The notes under the pieces were generated by a model. It had not been told where the DNA came from and searched no databases. It saw nothing but the letters and a program-made list of their open reading frames with translations. Of a DNA stretch of 64,000 nucleotides, positions 59,963 through 64,000 are shown piece by piece. Origin of the DNA: Candidatus Omnitrophota bacterium (GTDB lineage: Bacteria > Omnitrophota > Omnitrophia > Omnitrophales > Aquincolibacteriaceae). The number at the start of each line of letters is the position of its first letter. The stretch's first letter is position 1. The translations under genes were made by a program, and so were the position numbers. Where the stretch lies: contig JAUYMS010000048.1 in assembly GCA_030698625.1 (NCBI GenBank), positions 154,404 through 218,403 of the forward strand, read 5' to 3'.

Positions 59963-61222
59963 ATGCAGTTCTTTAAATGGCTCTATCCGGGTTTGGGCAT
60001 CAAACGCTGGATCATTCTCTGCCTCGTTGGGTTGGGACTGATCGTTGGCGTGGCCTTCGCTGCGATTGGTTCGATCTCTGAATCGAGCGTCCTGTTGGCT
60101 TCTTTTGCGATTGCACTACTCATTTTCGGAGTCTTTCTTGTTTATACCGCGATCAAGAACATGGTGCGAATCTTTATTCGTGCCTTGATGCCCCCAGACC
60201 GTGATGAGCGGCTTGTCGATATCGTTTATCAGAAGAGGCAAAGCGAATCGCTGTCGCGTGGTCCGCGTATTGTGGCGCTCGGCGGAGGTACCGGGCTGAG
60301 TAATCTCCTGTCGGGCATTAAGCGTTACACGAGCAATATAACAGCTATTGTGACCGTGACTGATACTGGGGGAAGTTCCGGAAGACTCCGCGATGAAATG
60401 GATATGCTTCCTCCGGGCGACATCCGCAATTGTTTGGTGGCACTTGCGGACGCCGAACCCCTGATTCGTGAGCTTTTCCAATACCGCTTCGAAGTCGGCG
60501 AAGGGCTTAAAGGGCATAGTTTTGGGAACTTATTTATTACGGCTTTGTCGAAAGTTACCGGTGATTTTGAGAAAGCCATTGCAGAGTCGAGCCGGGTTTT
60601 GGCCATCCGCGGGCGTGTCATTCCATCGACTTTGTCGAAAGTCACGTTGCTCGGAGAATTTATGGATGGGGGCATTGTTGAAGGGGAGACGAATATTACG
60701 GATGCGGGAAAGCCTTTGAGAAACGTCCGGCTTAAGCCCGATGATTGCCGAGCGACTCCCGAAGCGCTTGACGCGATTGAGAATGCAGACCTCATTATCT
60801 TAGGGCCCGGCAGTTTATATACCAGCGTTCTCCCTAATGTTCTCATCCGAGACATCCATGACTCCGTGCTCGCATCAGATGCTTACAAGGTTAATATTCT
60901 AAATGTCATGACACAGCCGGGCGAGACCGACAATTATAGCGCCTGGGACCATCTCAAGGTTCTCATCGAGCATACGGATCCAAGGATTGTAGATGCTTGT
61001 ATTGTGAATGCGCAGGAGATACCCGCGGAATTGGTCGACAAGTATCGCGAAAAAGGGGCGATTCCCGTAAAGCTTGATCTCGATGTTATCCGGGAAAAGG
61101 GTTATGAGGTCATCGAGGGGAATCTTTTAAAAACGGAAGCTCAGATTCGCCATAATCCAGAAGCGTTATCGCGACTTATCTTCGAACATTACCTAAAGAT
61201 TGCCAAGTTGGCGCGGGTCTAG
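59963..61222 (+). CDS. yvcK: YvcK/CofD-like (UPF0052, gluconeogenesis factor family) protein with an atypical N-terminal ~95-aa two-TM extension
   Basis: VALGGGTGLSNLLSGIK and VTVTDTGGSSGRLR are YvcK-family signature motifs. Residues 10-70 form two hydrophobic helices. Confidence 0.75.
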   Translation: MQFFKWLYPGLGIKRWIILCLVGLGLIVGVAFAAIGSISESSVLLASFAIALLIFGVFLVYTAIKNMVRIFIRALMPPDRDERLVDIVYQKRQSESLSRGPRIVALGGGTGLSNLLSGIKRYTSNITAIVTVTDTGGSSGRLRDEMDMLPPGDIRNCLVALADAEPLIRELFQYRFEVGEGLKGHSFGNLFITALSKVTGDFEKAIAESSRVLAIRGRVIPSTLSKVTLLGEFMDGGIVEGETNITDAGKPLRNVRLKPDDCRATPEALDAIENADLIILGPGSLYTSVLPNVLIRDIHDSVLASDAYKVNILNVMTQPGETDNYSAWDHLKVLIEHTDPRIVDACIVNAQEIPAELVDKYREKGAIPVKLDLDVIREKGYEVIEGNLLKTEAQIRHNPEALSRLIFEHYLKIAKLARV

Positions 61223-61227
61223 AGTCT

Positions 61228-61521
61228 ATGGATAACGCGAAAGTGCCGGAAGCACAGACTTCTGAAAAGGTGTTTACGATTAAGAATAGGCTGGGCCTTC
61301 ATGCGCGTCCGGCAGCGCTTTTTGTCCAGACGGCGAATCGCTTTCAGTGCGAAGTGGAAGTCTTTAAGGACGGTGAACGGGTAAACGGCAAGTCCATCAT
61401 GGGAATCATGACTCTGGCCGTGGGCATGGGGAACAGTATTACGGTCCGCACATTGGGTCCGGATGCGGCACAAGCCATCGAAGAGATCGGAAAACTAATC
61501 GAAGGTAATTTTGGAGAATAA
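61228..61521 (+). CDS. ptsO: HPr-family phosphocarrier protein (NPr of the nitrogen PTS)
   Basis: The GLHARPAALF His-15 motif is present. It lies in the ptsN-...-ptsP context. Confidence 0.85.
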   Translation: MDNAKVPEAQTSEKVFTIKNRLGLHARPAALFVQTANRFQCEVEVFKDGERVNGKSIMGIMTLAVGMGNSITVRTLGPDAAQAIEEIGKLIEGNFGE

Positions 61522-61529
61522 GACGGGGG

Positions 61530-63278
61530 ATGAAACGACTTAAAGGTATCCCGGTTTCGCCGGGTTTTGTTATTGGTAAGGCCTTTGTTCTTCATAGCGA
61601 GGATTCTTTTTCAGTTGCCCGCCAGACGATCACTCGCGACGATATTCCGAAGCAGATTGCCCATTTTGAAGACGCGTTGACCCGCACACGCGCCGAGATT
61701 CTCGGCGTTCGTAAACATATTGCCTCGCAGATAGGCCGCGAACATTCCGACATTTTTAACGCTCACCTCCTGATTCTAGAAGACCGGACCCTTATCGAGG
61801 ATGTTATTGGTCTCATTAAAAGTGAGAACTGCAATGCGGAGTATGCCTTCGCGAACGTTATTCAGAAGTACTTTCAAGCCTTTTTGCAGATCGACGACGA
61901 TTATTTGCGAGAGAGAATTTCAGACATCAAGGATGTGGGCCGGCGGGTGTTACAAAATCTGTACGGTGCCGAGAAGGGTGTCCTTGAAAAACTAAAAGAG
62001 AACGTCATCATTATTGCGCATGACTTATCGCCGTCAGACACGGCCATGATGGATAAGACCAAAGTCCTCGCTTTTGTTACCGAGATCGGCGGCCCGACGT
62101 CGCATACCGCCATTCTGGGACAGTCGATGGAGATTCCTGCCATTGTTGGTGTCGATCAAGGAACCATTGAGGTCAAGAATGGCGATAGGGTTATCGTTGA
62201 CGGGACTCACGGCTTTCTCATCATCGATCCGGATCAGAAAACGATTGAAGAATACACTCGGGAGGAGAAGAGATTTACCGAGCTCGTTACCGAGCTTGAA
62301 AAACTGCGCGATCTACCCGCTGAGACGACTGACGGCCGTAAGATCATATTGGCTTCAAATATTGAGTTTCCCGACGAAATCCCCTCGGTCATTTCACACG
62401 GCGCTGAGGGAATAGGCTTGTACCGGACAGAATATTTCTACATGAGCCGTGGGGATCTACCGACCGAGGATGAACAGTTTCATGCCTATAAGTTGGTGGT
62501 CGAAAGGATGTCGCCTCACTCCACGATTGTTCGAACCTTGGACTTGGGCGGAGATAAGTTTGTTTCCACGCTCGACGTGCCTCATGAAATGAATCCATTC
62601 CTGGGTTGGCGTGCGATCCGATTTTGTCTTACTCGTGAGGATATATTCAAGACGCAACTTCGTGCCATATTGCGTGCGAGCGCTTTCGGAGACCTTAAAG
62701 TGATGTATCCCATGATCTCGAATGTTGATGAGTTGAGATCGGCGAACGCTATCCTTGATGCGTGTAAGGGAGAGCTTAGGGTGGAAAAGATAAAATTTAA
62801 TGAGAAAATACAGGTAGGCGCAATGATTGAGATCCCTTCGGCCGCCATTACTAGTGACATCCTGGCCGAAGAGGTGGAATTCTTCTCCATTGGATCGAAT
62901 GATCTTATCCAGTATTCGCTAGCGGTGGACCGGGTTAATGAGAAAATCGCATATTTATATGAGCCGACGCATCCCGCAATCTTGAGGCTAATTAAGAGCG
63001 TTATCGAAAGCGGTCATCGGAAGAAACTACCTGTGGGCATTTGCGGTGAAATGTCGGGAGATCCCGGCGTGGCTGTTCTGTTGGTAGGGCTGGAGATCGA
63101 CGAGATCAGCACCAGCCCCGCGATGCTGCCGAAGGTAAAGAGGGCGATTCGTGCCGTGAGTTTTAAGGAAGCGAAAAAGATTGCACAGCGCGCGCTTGAG
63201 TTCTCAACCGGTTCGGAAGTTCGAGATTTTCTCATCGCTAAACTGAAAAGCATCGCAAGTGATTTGATCCCGGAATAA
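61530..63278 (+). CDS. ptsI: Phosphoenolpyruvate--protein phosphotransferase (Enzyme I; EI-Ntr/PtsP or PtsI)
   Basis: 582 aa. Has the GGPTSHTAILGQSMEIPAIVG phosphohistidine domain and the PEP-utilising TIM barrel (IEIPSAA, GSNDLIQY). It lacks an N-terminal GAF domain, so it resembles PtsI in length. Confidence 0.9.
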   Translation: MKRLKGIPVSPGFVIGKAFVLHSEDSFSVARQTITRDDIPKQIAHFEDALTRTRAEILGVRKHIASQIGREHSDIFNAHLLILEDRTLIEDVIGLIKSENCNAEYAFANVIQKYFQAFLQIDDDYLRERISDIKDVGRRVLQNLYGAEKGVLEKLKENVIIIAHDLSPSDTAMMDKTKVLAFVTEIGGPTSHTAILGQSMEIPAIVGVDQGTIEVKNGDRVIVDGTHGFLIIDPDQKTIEEYTREEKRFTELVTELEKLRDLPAETTDGRKIILASNIEFPDEIPSVISHGAEGIGLYRTEYFYMSRGDLPTEDEQFHAYKLVVERMSPHSTIVRTLDLGGDKFVSTLDVPHEMNPFLGWRAIRFCLTREDIFKTQLRAILRASAFGDLKVMYPMISNVDELRSANAILDACKGELRVEKIKFNEKIQVGAMIEIPSAAITSDILAEEVEFFSIGSNDLIQYSLAVDRVNEKIAYLYEPTHPAILRLIKSVIESGHRKKLPVGICGEMSGDPGVAVLLVGLEIDEISTSPAMLPKVKRAIRAVSFKEAKKIAQRALEFSTGSEVRDFLIAKLKSIASDLIPE

Positions 63279-63365
63279 TAATACTTCGCGTAAGGTCTCC
63301 TTATTCCCACTTATTGAGGCAATAAAAAAGCCGGGACAAGACAAAAAACCCTGGAAATAGGAGCC

Positions 63366-63395
63366 TTGACAGCCGGCCTGACAGACGAGATAATG
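63366..63395 (+). promoter_or_regulatory. Candidate sigma-70 promoter TTGACA-N17-GATAAT upstream of metK
   Basis: Read from the sequence, about 55 nt upstream of the metK ATG. The leader is too short for a SAM riboswitch. Confidence 0.5.
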
Positions 63396-63447
63396 CTCAA
63401 CTCGACGTGTCGCAGGTCTCATAAATCATAGGAGGAGAGGAGATATC

Positions 63448-64000
63448 ATGAAGACAGACCGCCATCTATTTACTTCAGAATCAGTTAGTGAGGGGCATCC
63501 CGATAAACTGTGTGACCAGATATCGGATGCGATTCTTGACGCCCTCTTGGAGCAGGACCCGAAATCCCGCGTTGCTTGCGAGTGTCTGGTGACCACCGGT
63601 TCGGTGGTTGTGGCCGGAGAGGTCACGAGCACTGCTTACGTGGAAATTCCGCAGGTCGTCCGTGGAGTTATCCGGGATGTCGGTTATACGAATGCCGACT
63701 TCGGATTTGATTATAAAACCTGCGGTATTTTTGTGGCCATTCAGCAGCAGTCTCCTGACATCGCCATGGGCGTTGATACCGGTGGTGCCGGTGATCAGGG
63801 AATGATGTTCGGGTATGCGACAGATGAAACGCCGGAACTCATGCCGCTTCCTATCATGCTGTCACATCGTCTCGTGCGGCAGCAGGCAGCCCTTCGTAAG
63901 AGTGGAAAACTTCCGTACCTGCGTCCCGATGCCAAAAGTCAAGTGTCGGTGGAGTACAATGAGGGACTGCCTGTTCGTGTCGACACTGTCGTCTTAAGTA
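63448..64000 (+). CDS. metK: S-adenosylmethionine synthetase, 3' end truncated by the window edge
   Basis: Hand-translated: [32 protein letters not shown]...[13 protein letters not shown] shows the canonical MetK motifs. It has a GGAGGAGAGG RBS and no stop codon before the window ends. Confidence 0.93.
   Translation, partial: MKTDRHLFTSESVSEGHPDKLCDQISDAILDALLEQDPKSRVACECLVTTGSVVVAGEVTSTAYVEIPQVVRGVIRDVGYTNADFGFDYKTCGIFVAIQQQSPDIAMGVDTGGAGDQGMMFGYATDETPELMPLPIMLSHRLVRQQAALRKSGKLPYLRPDAKSQVSVEYNEGLPVRVDTVVLS

Noticed and set aside
63279-63447. SAM riboswitch upstream of metK
   Set aside because: The predicted promoter leaves only a ~50-nt leader. No SAM-I/II/V-like conserved stems are present.

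Overview
This 64 kb window is a densely packed, mostly plus-strand chromosomal segment of a diderm (LPS-producing) bacterium, roughly 53-55% GC by eye. Nearly all of it is core metabolism arranged in long operons. From 5' to 3' the content is as follows.
(1) A nitrogen-control module: a 5'-partial GAF/sigma-54 activator, then glnB (PII) and glnA, with a textbook sigma-54 promoter and an upstream palindromic enhancer in front of glnB.
(2) Convergent lipid A genes: lpxB, a Gfo/Idh/MocA oxidoreductase and msbA.
(3) A threonine/isoleucine operon: hom, thrC, an iPGM-family predicted homoserine kinase, lysC, cimA and valS. It is followed by a CbiZ-like ORF, rluA, nadC, uvrB and eda.
(4) A secreted alpha/beta hydrolase, then ilvB-ilvN-ilvC-leuA-aroE-pilD-aroC-aroK-aroB.
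(5) dprA, an RDD membrane protein, a lysine-rich hypothetical, an unusual ThiS-domain::TopA in-frame fusion, and xerC.
(6) A large Kdo-lipid A / LPS inner-core cluster: waaA, lpxK, an LpxL::ELM1 fusion, a GT4::GT9 fusion plus four tandem GT9 heptosyltransferase paralogs, PilZ, a CE4 deacetylase, a heptose-7-P kinase, kdsB, pyrG, kdsA, kdsD, a second lpxL, a fused LptC/LptA-like protein and lptB.
(7) A nitrogen-PTS module: hpf, ptsN, a membrane-anchored YvcK, NPr and EI(Ntr), with rpoN notably absent from its usual position.
(8) The 5' part of metK.
I found no transposases, integrases other than XerC, CRISPR arrays, tRNAs or recognisable defence systems. The items worth a second look are gene fusions (ThiS-TopA, LpxL-ELM1, GT4-GT9, LptC-LptA), non-orthologous replacements (iPGM-type ThrB, CimA) and several sharply defined regulatory elements. 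The regulatory elements are two perfect TTGACA/TATAAT promoters, one of which gives a leaderless eda mRNA, while the other runs into a terminator-like hairpin ahead of the ilv operon.
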